Shown: positions 44,432 to 57,612, counted from the stretch's first letter. The stretch is 64,000 bases of DNA from Eledone cirrhosa (GCA_964016885.1 OZ024742.1:350052001-350116000); one strand, 5' to 3'. The notes: generated from the letters alone by a model not told the origin. Numbers and translations: made by a program.

Positions 44432-47400
44432 ATGACCTCACTCAGAATAGGCAGCATAAATGCGCGTGGCTTGGGGTCGTCATGGAAGCAGGGTCACCTG
44501 CTCAACGACCTCAGGTCACTAAACACAGATGTAGTGGCCATCAGCGAGACCAGAATCTCCGAAGCACGGGCCTTCGCACCGATCTTCGGCGGCTACGATG
44601 TGTACGCATCTCCCAGCCGTCCAGGATCGGGGGGAGGAGTTGCTGTGCTTTTTCGGAGAGGTTTGGATCTCGCCATACGGGCCATCTTCCTGGACCTAGA
44701 GGGTAAGTTGGTGGTGCTGGACGTGACCAGCGGAGACGGGCAAGCTTTCAGGCCAGTGGCCGTCTATGCCCCAACAGGAGCAGGGAGGCCTGATTTCTTC
44801 CGGCGTCTGGAGATCTTTCTTGGAACGTCCCACTCTTTAGTGTTAGTGGGCGACTGGAACGGGATCTTAGATGCACGCTGGGACTGTGTGGGATTAGCGG
44901 ATAGGGGTGGAGGGTGCAAGAGCCTCACCAACCTGCTCAGGCGTTTTGAACTGTCTGACAGGTACCGATTGGATTTCCCGATGTGCCAATGTGGACTTGG
45001 ACAAATCGCATAGGGTCATCCAGATCATATCTAGAAAGAGTATTTTGTAGGGAAATAGATAGGTCTAGCATAGGCTGTCCACAAATCAAGATAGTCAGCT
45101 ACGCGGACACAAATTCGTGATCTGTGTGCTTGACTTAGATAGGCTTCATAGACGAGGACCCGGCTACTGGAAGCTAAACGCGTCCTTACCAGCGCGCAAG
45201 GCCTACAGAGACCGGATTAGCGAACTAGTTAAGCGGGCGTTGACGAGGGCCATCGTCAACAACAAGTGGTGGTTTGCTCTGAAAAGAGCGATTAGAATAG
45301 AATCCATTAGGTTTAGTAAGGCTTTAGCAATAGAGAAAAATAGAGCAGAGGGAGAACTAGTTAGAAAATTAGAAGAGGCGCTTAGCAAAGGCATCGCGAC
45401 CGACGTGCTTGCGGCAAAATTGGCCCTTGACCAATTCTTCAATGCAAAGCACGAAGGCTGCGTTGTCAGAGCTAGGGTCCGTGCTCTCAGACACGAGGGG
45501 ACGAAAGCCGTTTAATGGGCCCGAGTGGCGGAGGCGCGTCGTGGCAACAAAGCCACGATCCGGTCTTTGGTGGACCACGACGGGCGCATGCTACTCGATC
45601 CCGGGCAAATGTGTGAAGCTTTTCAGCGACACTTCGCTCAGCTGTTCGGGGACAGTGGTGGGCCGGGTCGAGGGATGGACTTTAGTGTCTAGTTCGACGG
45701 ACTGCCGCGGCTCTCGGCCACTGAGGCGGACTGTTGCGAAAAGCCGATAACAGCCGCTGAAGTAAGGGAGGCAATGACTGGCTGCACAAGGGGTAAATCG
45801 TCTGGTTTGGATGGTCTGCCCTATGAACTTTACGTACAGATGCCAGACTTGTTCGGAGGCCTCTTGGCGGACGTCTACTGCAACTGGCAACAGAACGGGA
45901 GAATTCCCAGCTCTGTGAGCCGAGGAGCGGTGGCACTGCTGAGAAAGGACCCGAAGAAGGGGGATAACATAGATAATTCCAGGCCCATAACTCTGCTAAA
46001 CACAGAGTTCAAGATTTGGGACAAGGTGCTAGCAAAGAGGTTGGCGCTTGTCGTTGGTGGTCTGGTGGGAGAGGCGCAGACATGCGCCATTCCCAACAGA
46101 TCCATCCACGACAACCTCCACCTCATGCGATACATCGTAGAGAGGGTAGCTAGGGAACCTGGCACGTGTGGGTCCTTGATCAATTTAGATCAGTCGAAAG
46201 CTTTCGATAGGGTCGACCATCGTTATCTAGCGGCAGTCCTGAGGGCGGCTGGCTTTGGGCCCGTCTTCAGAGGCTGGATCGCTGCCATGCACAGCGACAT
46301 CTGCTCTGTGGTGAGAGTGAACGGTCACCTTTCGGAACCGTTCAACATCATGCGCTCGGTCCGCCAAGGATGTCCCCTCTCGTCCCTCTTGTACGTATTG
46401 ACTCTCGAGCCATTACTGCAAAATCTGGAGACGTTGAGGGGCGCCCCGCGCTAACTAGGATGCGGAAGATCCGTGTCAGCATATGCGAACGATGTCACCG
46501 TAGTGGTGTCGAACGCCAAACACATCGAGGCGATCGGCACTCCACTAAGAGAATACGAAGCGGTGACAGGAGCAATGATCAACCAGGAAAAGTCAGTGGG
46601 CCTGCACCTCGGCACCTGGAGAGGCAGGTCCATGCCGTCCAACAGGCTCGTCGGACGCTGGACGGACGGACCGGTTAAATTGCTAGCGGTCTGGTTTGGT
46701 CCGGACCTCCAGACGGACAAAAACTGGGACGAGGTGACGAGCAGGGTGGCTTCTCTCACCCAGAAATGGGCGGAGAGGAAGCTATCCATGAAAGGTCGAG
46801 CGGTGGTGGCTAACGCGTACATCGCGTCTGTCATCCGCTACCGCCTGACCGTCGTACCTTGTCCTAAGCCCCTTCTGACTGCGCTGGAGCGTTTGCTCTT
46901 TCGCTTTTTGTGGAAGGGACGCGCTCCGATGGTCAGGCAGTCCATCTGCTGTCAACACCCGCTACGTGGAGGGCTGGGAATGCCGTGGCTGATGATGCGC
47001 AGACGCGCGCTCAGGCTACGACATCTCCACCTCTTCCTCGACGGTGATCAGGTGTGGTCGCCGTTTGCTAGACACGTATTTCCCCAGCTCGTTTCCTTGA
47101 CGGAGCTGCAGTCCTGGGTCAAGCGAAGACCGAGAGGGAGCGCCTGGAGACTGGAATGTCTTCAGGCGCTGACAGCCCTCGACCAATCGGGCAATGCGAT
47201 CGGTAGAAACTCCACCTCGGCGTTCTATAGAGGATTAGTGGAGGGGAAGAGCGACGACGTACTTGGGGAAACTCTAGGCGTCGACTAAAATCAACTAGCC
47301 AATCTCTTCGGAAGAACTTTCGGGCCGGGACCTATGGACAATTTCCAGAAATCTCTGGCCTGGCAGTGCTACCGAGGAGCCTTGCCAGTTCGGGATAAAC

Positions 47401-47767
47401 TCTACAGGCATGGAGGTGCCGTCAGCCAGGCATGTTCGAGATGCGCGCAGGGCGACGAAACCGTCCTGCACGCACTCGTCCAGTGTCCGAAAATTGCTGA
47501 CTTGTGGGTTTATGTCGAACACCTGCTGTCGCGTGTAGGACGGATCCGGCTATCATCTGAGTCCATCGTGAGGATTGCCCCGCCCTCTTCCTTAAGCCGG
47601 GAAGGGCAGGCAGTATTTATCTGTCTGGTGGCCATGGCGAAAGAGATAGTATGGTGGACACGTTTGAAAGGGCTGAAGACGAGCACTTACCCCTTTGGTG
47701 ATGCCCTGATTGACTTTTTCAAATTTCATTTGAAAAGGGAAATCAGAGTAGAGAGGGAAGTGCTACA
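44432..47767 (+). pseudogene. LINE ORF2: APE endonuclease + RT + C-terminal Zn finger, with stops and frameshifts
   Basis: SINARGL, SETR, GDWN, GYWKLN, GLDGLPYE, RPITLLN, DQSKAFDRVDH, RQGCPLS, AYAND, GGLG, CSRC...ETVLHAL..C. Confidence 0.93.
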
Positions 47768-49030
47768 TACGTACGAACCAGCATACTCACACAGACGCAA
47801 AACTCCCGTATATACAAAGCCAAACCATATGTACCAGAATATATAAAATTATACGCCATAACATAAACAATCAAATATACGTACGAGAAGGTATACGTAC
47901 CTTCACAAAACATACGGGTAATATATACTTACCTATGCAAATAAGTAATGGTATAAACTAAACATATACTTAGCTCCCACATCAAGACGTAAAATATCCA
48001 CGTATAGATCGTACTATCCGTTAGGGTATAACGTGGGGCTGTAATACAGGAAAGTTTTGTGCAATTTATGTTTACAAGCCGAAATTGCCTCAGATTTTTT
48101 GTTTAAGATGTGGTCTGTGGCGTAGAGTATTTCCAGGGCCTCAGCGGCGCAGAGGTCACATGGTCTTTTATTTCCGTTATACGATCTAGCCCTAGCTAGG
48201 ATCTCCCAGTGTAACTTATATTGGGTGTTGTTGTCTTTTAGACTCCCGATATAAGCTGAAAGTGACGTCATATTCCTTCTAAGAGGGTAACGAAAAGAAT
48301 GGGTATGCATGTAAAGACGCTGCTTGAAACTATTGGCGGTTAACCCTATTTAGGCCCTACGGGACGTGGGTGTTACAACCTTACATTTGTAGACAATGTT
48401 ACTAGAGAGGCATTTCCCGGATAGGGGGCAATCAACCCGATTCCTACAATTACAGTTAGTACTAACTACAGGGTTGCACGTGTTCCTACGGCTAGGTAGT
48501 TTAGCTAAATTTGAAGCTGTGATGTTATGTGCAAGGTTAGGAGTCGTAGAGTAAGAAATTTTAATAGTATTTCTATTAAAAATTTTACTATATTTATGTG
48601 TAGGGGGAAAATGCTTCGTAATAAGGGAAAGAAAGATCTTAGCTAATGGTGTGGCCACCTCCATATTATATGGTGGGTTATACCAACAAATGCGACGGGA
48701 TCTATTTCTTCTAGGTCTATTTTCGTACTCTGTATATGCTACCTTATCGACAAATCCACTTCGAGCAAGAGCTTCATTGTAATAAGTGGAATGGTCGTTG
48801 AAAATACGCTCGTTGATGGAAAGACGGGAAAGCCTCAACGAAACGTTTCTTACCAGGTTCTTGGTTATGCTCGCAGGATGGTTGGAATGCTTACTTATGT
48901 AATTAAGCGTATCATTCGGCTTTCTATACGGGTAATACAACCCATTCAATAAATTGAGGGTAACGTCGAGGTAATTAACGACCGAGAGATTGGCCTCAAC
49001 CTGTATAGAGAGGTCGAAGCCTTTGAAGAA
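47768..49030 (-). mobile_element. 5'-truncated PLE (probably Hydra clade): RT thumb + GIY-YIG (48014-49030) and partial 3' UTR
   Basis: VNYLDVTL, SNHP, WYNPPY, CNCRNRVDCPL, NIVYKC, CDLC...CKHK. Frameshift near 48350. Confidence 0.88.
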
Positions 49031-49049
49031 GAGGTCGAAGCCTTTGAAC

Positions 49050-49371
49050 CTGTCGCAGAAACAAAATGGCGTAGGACAGAACAAAGGAGAGGCACAAAAA
49101 CAAAGAAAAGAATCCCCAGTAACTGAAGAGGTCACAGAATGTGTGACGAAAGAACTTTGACAATATATAAACAACTATCTGGTTGTGGAACCAACCAACC
49201 AACCAGAAATTTAACTTATAAATTCCTAAATTTATAAATTTATTATAATAAATTGAAGTGAAACAACTGGTGCGTGTGTTTCTTATTGGCAACATGACCC
49301 TCCCAAAGTATAACAATATCGGTTTCAACACACGATTTCAGATAAATAATCTTACTAAACAAATTCAGAAA

Positions 49372-49376
<5 letters not shown>
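49050..49376 (+). mobile_element. Inverted pLTR with hammerhead-like core, joined to the 5' end of the minus-strand PLE
   Basis: CTGAAGA-GGTCACA-gaatg-TGTGAC-GAAA at 49123-49151. Terminal motif CCCTCCCAAAGTATAACAATATCGGTTTCAACACACG, then (TA)n. Confidence 0.75.
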
Positions 49377-49425
<49 letters not shown>

Positions 49426-50149
49426 ATGGCGCAATGTTCCATTAAAATGCGATTCTTTGAAATATTCTAAAATAACTGACACGAAGGAGTATTTTCCGCT
49501 TAGAAAAAAAGCAAAACAAAAAGAAAAGCAAAAATGTTGTCACGTAAATAAATATATTCATGGGAGATAGAGTTGGAATCTCGCTGTAACAGGAAATGAG
49601 AAGCATGTTGTGTACCCGTTTTAGTTGGTAAATATTATTTTTCTTCATAGAATCATAGCTAACGGAAAACCTAATATCATATTTTTCAAACCTCTGCTCT
49701 TTCCATCTTGGTTCACTGAGTAAAAATGGCGCATGGCATTACGACTCACTGAATTGTTCATTGAACTCTTACTAAAATTAAATTTTGAATATTTTTTTTA
49801 TTGAAATTCAAAAGTAACTGACACAAGGAAAAATCTCCTCTTATAAAATAAAGAAAAAAGCGATAACTTGTTGCCCTTAGGAATTTTAAGCAGATTACAT
49901 GCATCCCTACCCGTTACAATATACTGGTAGTAAGAACATATGTTAACATCAGCTTAGAAATAAGCTTCTATCTGAAGAATAGACATGCTTCAGAAGAGAT
50001 GCATATGTCAGTACAGTTGTAAAGATCAACTATAGGTAAATATGACGATATTAAAACACTGAGTCTGAATAATATATTGCGTATAGAAATGACAGAAAAA
50101 CTAAATAAAATAAAACAAAAATGGCCACCTATATCAGTGTCATAATGTC

Positions 50150-50400
50150 ATAGTCAGCAATAATTTGATCAGCAAGCAATAAATGGACAGAGTCAGTGAA
50201 GTATAGGACAATATGCTACGCGATACTTGTTTCTGTTATTTGTGATGCGAGTTCCAATCCTGCTGAGATCAATTTGCCTTTCATCCATCGGCCAACAAGC
50301 TGTGTGGTATTTATTTCAGCTATTTGTGATTCGAGTTCAAATCCTGTTGAGATCAACTTGCCTTTCATCCATTTAGATTTAATAAATAAAGAATCCAGAA
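50150..50400 (+). mobile_element. Diverged SINE fragments with internal duplication
   Basis: GAGTTC.AATCCTG.TGAGATCAA.TTGCCTTTCATCCAT occurs twice. Confidence 0.6.
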
Positions 50401-51450
50401 CAGATCTTGACTTGCCAGAATTGTTAGAGTGTCTAAAGAACGAGATGCCTTGCTGTGTCAGTCCCGAGTCTATACGTTCTGAGATCAAACCCCGCTGAAA
50501 CTTATTTCATCGTCAAATTTATTGGTCGGTTCAGTAGAACCACCTTATTACTCTCAGTAAACGTCACTTTACTGCAAGCATTCAAACCATTCAATGGGCC
50601 ATGAACATGGTTCATGAGTAATAACTACCTTATCTTGACTGAACGGGAAACTAAAATGGAGATTAACAGATTATCAACAGGGATTTTAGAGTTGTTAGAA
50701 TATCACGACGAAAGAGAGAAAACTACATCAAATCTGAAAATAGCCGTGAAAAAAGATCTGAGATAATGCAGTAAAGGTTATACTTTTGGAAATATCTTTC
50801 TCAACCATTCTGTTCTTTTGAGGATTTTCATGTTGAATAAGGTTGTAGAGAAAGTGAGAGAAAGTCAGTACACGTCCAACGGAATAAATAATTTGTGTTT
50901 AAACGGCCAACTAGTCACTGGATCATAAATACCTGAACATTTCTTTCACCCTCTCTCACTGAAACAACATCAACCCCATTAAAATAGAACAATCAACAAA
51001 ACATTTACAACAAGCGTTTATCAAATGTCCCGTCATCCTTAGCCCATAAATATCATACATACATCCAGCAATTAATCTCTAATTTATTGTCTCTTTTATC
51101 GGACCCTCTACACTTATCTATGTACATCTCAAATCTAGCTTCCCTTCAACGAATACTTATAAGAACACTTACTCAAAAACTACTACTATGTACTTACACG
51201 ATCTCACTTATTTATTTATTTATCTCTTTATATTTTCCATTCTCTCATTTTCTTAGTTTTTTATGTACTCTATCTTTTATTCTACTTTTACTTTTTACAT
51301 CTGTAACTTCTCTAGCTATTTACCATACATGTATTATTACTGATGTTATTGTTTATATTATACGCTATTTTATTATTGATGTTATTGTTTTAATTATACG
51401 CTAATTCTCTATGTAAGTCCTGCCTCAAGTGAATTATTTTCATATGTACA

Positions 51451-51560
51451 TGCTCTGATGTGTTGACCATAGGTGAATAATGTATTGGAGGTCGAATAAT
51501 GCAACATCAAGAGATTAGCGAACTCTAGACCCACATGATCAACGAAACAATTGTCAGTAC
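51451..51560 (+). ncRNA. Hammerhead-like motif with long stem II insertion (one core mismatch)
   Basis: TGCT-CTGATGT-GTTGA...TCAAC-GAAAC-AATT-GTC-AGTA. Confidence 0.5.
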
Positions 51561-51775
51561 TTTAAATAAAGACCTTATTGTACAGCCAACCATGTTAATC
51601 TTCTTTCTTTAACTATTATTACTTCAAGTATAACCTACATAGAAATTACCGCGAACTCGCTGCATAACTATGGAAGCATTTTGTTGAGTTAAACAACGCC
51701 GTACGTTAAAACTATCCACGACGCAGAGTACTAACAACCTCTAACTGGAATACCTATAACGATAACTTGTGATCC

Positions 51776-51807
<32 letters not shown>

Positions 51808-51886
51808 TATATATATATAAAAACAGTTATTTGTTTTGTTGATTATTCAACATATGAAAATGTTACAATCTTTAAACCAAATATTG

Positions 51887-51947
51887 TATTTTATCTGACG
51901 AAAACGTACTAAAATATTGGTATTCTTGAAATATGTATAATAAAATA
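51887..51947 (+). ncRNA. Minimal type I hammerhead in a short pLTR fragment
   Basis: TATTTTAT-CTGACGA-...-GAAAT-ATGT-ATA-ATAAAATA. Downstream sequence resembles 54500-54545. Confidence 0.75.
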
Positions 51948-52232
51948 AATATGGTTTTATAAAGATATTTCCATTTATTAATATTATTGATTCTACGAAG
52001 GAGGGTTTCGTTATTAGGAAAATCTGCTTCGTAGAAACAAGACGTATCTGACGACCTTGCCATTTTCAGAGTCAGGTTCGATCATCACATCGATCGTGCC
52101 TCGAGCTGGTCGCCAGAGAAACGATTGTAATATGTCCAATGAATTCCATTCGTCGCAAAACTGATTCTTTTTTTTTTTGTGATATCATACTCTGCTCTAT
52201 TCATCCAACAGCAATTATATATATATATATAT

Positions 52233-52624
52233 ATATTTCGTTTCTGAATTTGTTTAGCAAGATTCTTTATCTGAAAACGTGTGTTGAAACCGATATTGTT
52301 ATCCTTTGGGAGGGCCATGTTGCCAATAAGAAACATACGCACCAGTTGCTTTCACTCCAATTTATTATAAATTAAATTTATAAATTTAAGAATTTATAAA
52401 TTTCCGGTTGGTTGGTTGGTTCCACAAGTTCTTTGACAATAAATGAACTTTGACAATATATGAACAACCGTCCGGTTGTGGAACCAACCAACCAACCAAC
52501 CAAAAAGAAATTTAAAAATTCTTAAATTTAAAAATTCTTAAATTTATAAATTTAATTTATAATAAATTGGAGTGAAAGCAACTGGTGCGTGTGTTTCTTA
52601 TTGGCAACATGCCCCTCCCAAAGC

Positions 52625-52630
<6 letters not shown>
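52233..52630. mobile_element. Fold-back pLTR element (49050-49376 family)
   Basis: Arms ~52293-52427 and 52476-52630, tail on the left (52233-52292), (TA)n flanks. Confidence 0.8.
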
Positions 52631-52665
<35 letters not shown>

Positions 52666-52793
52666 AAAGTTCTATTTAAAATTGTTGGGATACAACAAGT
52701 AAATATTTTTATAACTGATATAAAGCACTCGACAAGTATTTGGAGTAGATATACGATATTAATAAATGGAAACTATATTTATAAAACCATATT

Positions 52794-52858
52794 TATTTCA
52801 TTATACATATTTCAGGGATACCAAATTAAATTATGGTATGCCTTCATCAGACAAAATA
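52794..52858 (-). ncRNA. Minimal type I hammerhead
   Basis: Mirror of 54443-54507. Confidence 0.8.
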
Positions 52859-53793
52859 CAATATATAACAGTTTTACAAATAAGCTTTGACGTACCCTAT
52901 TAAAATGCAACCATTGTTTTTGGAAGCCATCCTGATAGTGATTTGTTTATATTACTTTAATAAGTCATAGTGTTAAGGACAATTTTTTTAAATTTTTAAA
53001 TTTTTAAATTATATTGATATAATATTTATTTAACTTTTATTTTATTTTTATTTTTATTTATTTTTATTAGTTTTGCTTTGATTCTGATAGCTTCTCATAA
53101 TTCTCATAAGTCTACCCTTTCAATATCTTGATTGAAATATAAGTAGGATAATTTTCTATACTAAATATATGAAACATATTATTTTAACTTAAGATACTCT
53201 ATAGTGTTTTAAAGATATTGAATGCTTTGACATTTCTAGAATTCGTTTGTCCTTTTGACTATATTGATATAGTTGTATTTCCAAAATATAATCCTTTGGT
53301 ATTTTAAATTTATATTGGTATAATTATATTTCCAAAGTATAACCCTTAGTAATATATTGATATTTGATTATCTCTATACAAATGTCTATGTGTGTATTAA
53401 CATGCATATAAAAGTGTTATAGGTTTTTTATGATTGTATATATGTCTGTATGTATACATGAGTGATGCGTGAAGACGCACGCAGATATTTATTTATACTT
53501 ATATAGGTGTATATGTATATGTGTGTGTGTGTATGTATATGTGTGGGTAAGAGTTATGTTGCATAACCACGCAGTTTAGATTACAGATATGCATAATTTT
53601 AACAAAATGTTAAATGCATGAATGGTAATCAAATATATGAAGACATGAATGTTAATCGTATATATTTATGTATATATATTGTGAACTTTTTATAACCCAA
53701 GGGATGTATAGCAGTGATTAAGAGAAATCGTCTGCGTTTTATATGTCTATATTGTTGACTTGAGTAAATATAATTTCTATTTTCAGGACGTGC

Positions 53794-53839
<46 letters not shown>

Positions 53840-54442
53840 GTGTCTTTGCCTGAGATACTGACTTCTCTAGCAATGTGTACATTTTGGAGATTAAACCCAA
53901 ATTTTGGTATATTGATCTCAAGGTTGAAACCAAACATATAGTCATTATTAAACAATGTTTAATTTCTCATATTATATATCTATGTCCCATTCATGAATAT
54001 TAATATTTATATTTTTATTATTCATTTCATATAAATTGTTAACTCAACTTAATATGACATGACGTAAAGTTTTCATAATCTCCCTCTCTCTCTATATATA
54101 ATATTTCTCTCTCTTGAGTTTTTCTATCTGTCTGTTGACTTAATATCTCTCTGTTGCTTTCCTCTGTTTTTCTTACTTCTTCCTTTTTTCTTCTTTCTTC
54201 CTTTCCTCCTGTCTTTACTTATCTCTTTCTTTTTTCTCCATGCATCTCTCTCTCTCCGATATTTCTCCACGTTTTTTTCTTTCTCTCCGTCTTTTTCTTT
54301 CTCTCCGTCTTTTTCTAATTGTCCTTAACACTATGACTTATTAAAGTAATATAAACAAATCACTATCCGGATGGCTTCCAAAAACAATGGTTGCATTTTA
54401 ATAGGGTACGTCAAAGCTTATTTGTAAAACTGTTATATATTG

Positions 54443-54507
54443 TATTTTGTCTGATGAAGGCATACCATAATTTAATTTGGTATCCCTGAAATATGTATAA
54501 TGAAATA
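54443..54507 (+). ncRNA. Minimal type I hammerhead
   Basis: TATTTTGT-CTGATGA-AGGCATACCA...TGGTATCCCT-GAAAT-ATGT-ATA-ATGAAATA. Confidence 0.8.
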
Positions 54508-54546
54508 AATATGGTTTTATAAATATAGTTTCCATTTATTAATATC

Positions 54547-54603
<57 letters not shown>

Positions 54604-56243
54604 AATCATAGTTGTAGAAAACAGGGTCTCTTGCCCTAATTTAATTACTGTGATCATTCGAAAGATGCTTTTTTAGAAGTAAAGAAATCCTTTTGTTATT
54701 TTTATCTCATCATTTCTACTTTCACTTTCGTTGGTATTACCCACGATTTTAGGTTCCATTCATTATTTCTCTTTATGTTAAGATTTCTATACAAACGTCT
54801 TTGTCAATAATGTTTGTTAATGTAATTAGATAATGGAGCGTCTCTCCTTCTCTGTCTATGTATCTCTCTCTCTATTTTTGACTTGATAGTAAGCTTTAGA
54901 AATCTTCCAAAGAAAGGAAGGATTCTTTAACATTGTGATGAATGTCAGAGTTTCAGGATCAATAGCAACAACAACAACAATAATAGACGAAAGAAAATTA
55001 AAGACTGTATTAATCAGCATATGTAGAGTAGCCTACAGTAATCAAGAAAGAAGCTTAACAGGCAGAAAAAATATTGGCCGGCAGCTTCTGTATTTAAAAG
55101 ATAACAGAAGAATCACAAACCTAAGCATAAAGAAGATCAAAAACGTACTCAGAAAAAAAAACTGTTCACCAGAAGCGACGGTGGAAATGTGTTTAGATCC
55201 ATCATTTGTAGCATTTATAACTTTTACTACAATGAACGGTTCATATAAAAGCAATCTCATGAAATGTTACTTTTCACCTATATTTCTTCCAAAATGTTAT
55301 CTTTTGGGGTGAAGGAATTCTTCCTTTTCTCACCGATAATAGATATCTGAGAAGAATATCGAATGAAAGAGTTAAGATACCCCAAACAGATATGTAGATT
55401 TTAGGGTAGTGAGGATGTAGGTCTGATTCAGATCTTAATACTATGTAGCTATCATTCTCTATGATAGTGGTATAGTATATTGTTTTGAGTGACGAATTAT
55501 TAAAATAGCATACTCCTGTACATGGCAAATGCTGACATCAGCAGAATTTAGTCAATAAGCTTTCTTCAAAATTATGAGACTGGGAAGTTATTTTAGCCTG
55601 AAGAATCTAAACCTGAATCTTATTGGTGATTTATATTTGATTCTTCTTTTTGCGAGGAAACTTAATTCAAGAACTTTCAAAAGCAAGCAAACTTTATTAG
55701 CGCCCGAACAAAAAGAATGGTACAAATTACTGGCAGCATTATTGAAAGAATTTTCTGACAGTATGATGAAAGGAGAAATAAAATAAAATGAAATGAAAGC
55801 CACATTATGATGATTCAGTACAAAGACGAGAAAACAATGCTTCATACTAGGAGCATTAATCATTAAATTCCAGATATGAATAACATAAATTCTATCTTTT
55901 AAAAGTCTGATTACAATAGAGTCATTAATTTCAACAAAACGAAATGTGGGTTTTTGAAATAAGTAACCTTGCAAAATACAGTTTTTGATCAGGGAGGATG
56001 CATTTGTATTTTCATAAAGCAGTCGCCAAATTGTGACCCGCGAAACCTTGATAGATCCCAAATGGTAGTATTGCGACCCGAAACCTTGATAGATCCCAAA
56101 TGGTAGTATTGGGGCCCGAAAGAGAAGTTTAAAATCTCAAGACTATGCAGTATAAAATATATAACTACTCATGACAAGGATGATCAAAATAAACTTCTAA
56201 AATTTTAGATTCCTTTAAATAGTATAATATTTTGAACCAAGGT

Positions 56244-56332
56244 TTAGAACCTGATTTACGCTCAAAATTGCCTGTCATTGAGCCGGAAATTGTTACCATT
56301 GTATCAGTAAACATCACTAACCATCTCATTAA
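56244..56332 (+). pseudogene. hAT (Charlie/Buster-type) transposase extreme C-terminus remnant
   Basis: Translates to LEPDLRSKLPVIEPEI...PSH* with one frameshift, resembling the conserved DLR..L..I.P.I...QPSH* terminus. Confidence 0.5.
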
Positions 56333-56369
56333 AATATTTTGTTTGATAAGGATTTTTAATTAAGACACA

Positions 56370-56900
56370 ACGTCAGTAACTTGTCGGTGGTATGGAGTAG
56401 ATTACATTGACCCAAGTACGTCACTGGTACTTTGTTTTATCGACTCGGCAATATTTGAGCTCAGAGCATAACTCACCGTAACTAAAGGTCTCAAACTATT
56501 TTGTCCGATCATCTAATGATGCTGCCAATCAGCCGCTCTAATCTTTTGTTGTATAATTATTTCTAGGATTGTCATAAGGTCAGCATGTTGGAAAAAGAGG
56601 AAAGTTGATTCTATTGACACAAGTGCATTACCTGTATTTTATTTTATCGACCCCAGAAATATAATAGGAAAACTTGGCATTGTTGGTATTTGAATTCAGA
56701 ACGTGAAGAACCAGAATAAATAATTGTTTCTACTTTTGGCACAAGGCCAGTAATTACCCAGTGCATTACTGGTACTTTATTTTATCGAACGATGAAAGGC
56801 AAAGTTAACCCCGGCGGGATTTGAACTCAGAATGGCAAGGGCCGTAACTCTATACGTCAAAGCATGGCGTCCGGCCCTTTACCGATACTGCCAATCCACC
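56370..56900 (-). mobile_element. Cluster of three SINE copies (main family)
   Basis: TTTTATCGA core at ~56435, ~56642 and ~56780. The copy at 56718-56900 is well preserved. Confidence 0.75.
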
Positions 56901-57612
56901 ACCAACCAGAAGAAATAATGCTAAGTATTTGTTCGATGTTCTAACAACCCTGACAAGAAATGAAACCGAGAAAATTTATTTGTTGTCAGGAATTATTGAG
57001 CTTGTTAAGTAAGCTGACTTAAAAAATCCTGGAGTTTATGGGAGAATTCTTTAATAGAAGACCGTTGATAGTTAAAAGATAGGCATCGTTGTTTCATTAC
57101 AAAGAAATAAATGTCATCAGAAATTTATACAGTGAAAATAATAGTGAACGGAAGTAATAACGCCGTTATTGGTTGTGGTTAATTGAGCTAGACATGGTTG
57201 CTACTTGGTAGAGCTAATTAATTTCAGCCACTGTTCAGTGCCAATAATATATTTATTGATTTCGTGGTACACCCACACACAATTGCTTAATACGTCCACG
57301 TATTTGAGTTTTGTATAATCTGATATATTTTTATACTCAAATGTTAAAAGTTCGATTCCCGGGCTGGGTAATGTGCAAGACACTTTATTTCACACTGCTC
57401 CAGTTAGCTGTAGAAATGAGTTGTGACGTCACTGGTGCTAATATGTATAGCTCATTGTCTTTCTATTGGACCACATCGGTGGCGTGGAGAGGAGAGACTG
57501 GTATGTATGGACGACTGCAAGTCTTCCAGACACATCGACACATTAAGAAAACACACTATCATATGTTAATATATGTATATTGTAAAGATGGCCAGTGACA
57601 GACTCAGTGATT

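Larger units (their letters stand above)
42072..47767 (+). mobile_element. Near-full-length Tx1/L1-type LINE, degenerate, 3'-truncated
   Basis: Starts after (ATT)n. Has ORF1 and ORF2 fragments. Stops at GAAGTGCTACA, whereas the related copy at 61409-61606 continues past this point. Confidence 0.92.
52661..54548 (+). mobile_element. Non-coding solo pLTR with inverted arm, related to 32665-34335
   Basis: 232-bp inverted arms 52753-52984 and 54317-54548. The interior (53115-54250) is homologous to the reverse complement of 33000-34040. Confidence 0.85.

Noticed and set aside
52661-54548. Flip-flop inversion of the interior relative to 32665-34335
   Set aside because: Read in transcript sense both have the same order. 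Only which arm carries the tail differs.
54935-56110. Short ORFs and a 38-bp tandem duplication (~56034-56110)
   Set aside because: No recognisable domain. Probably decayed TE but cannot be supported from the sequence.
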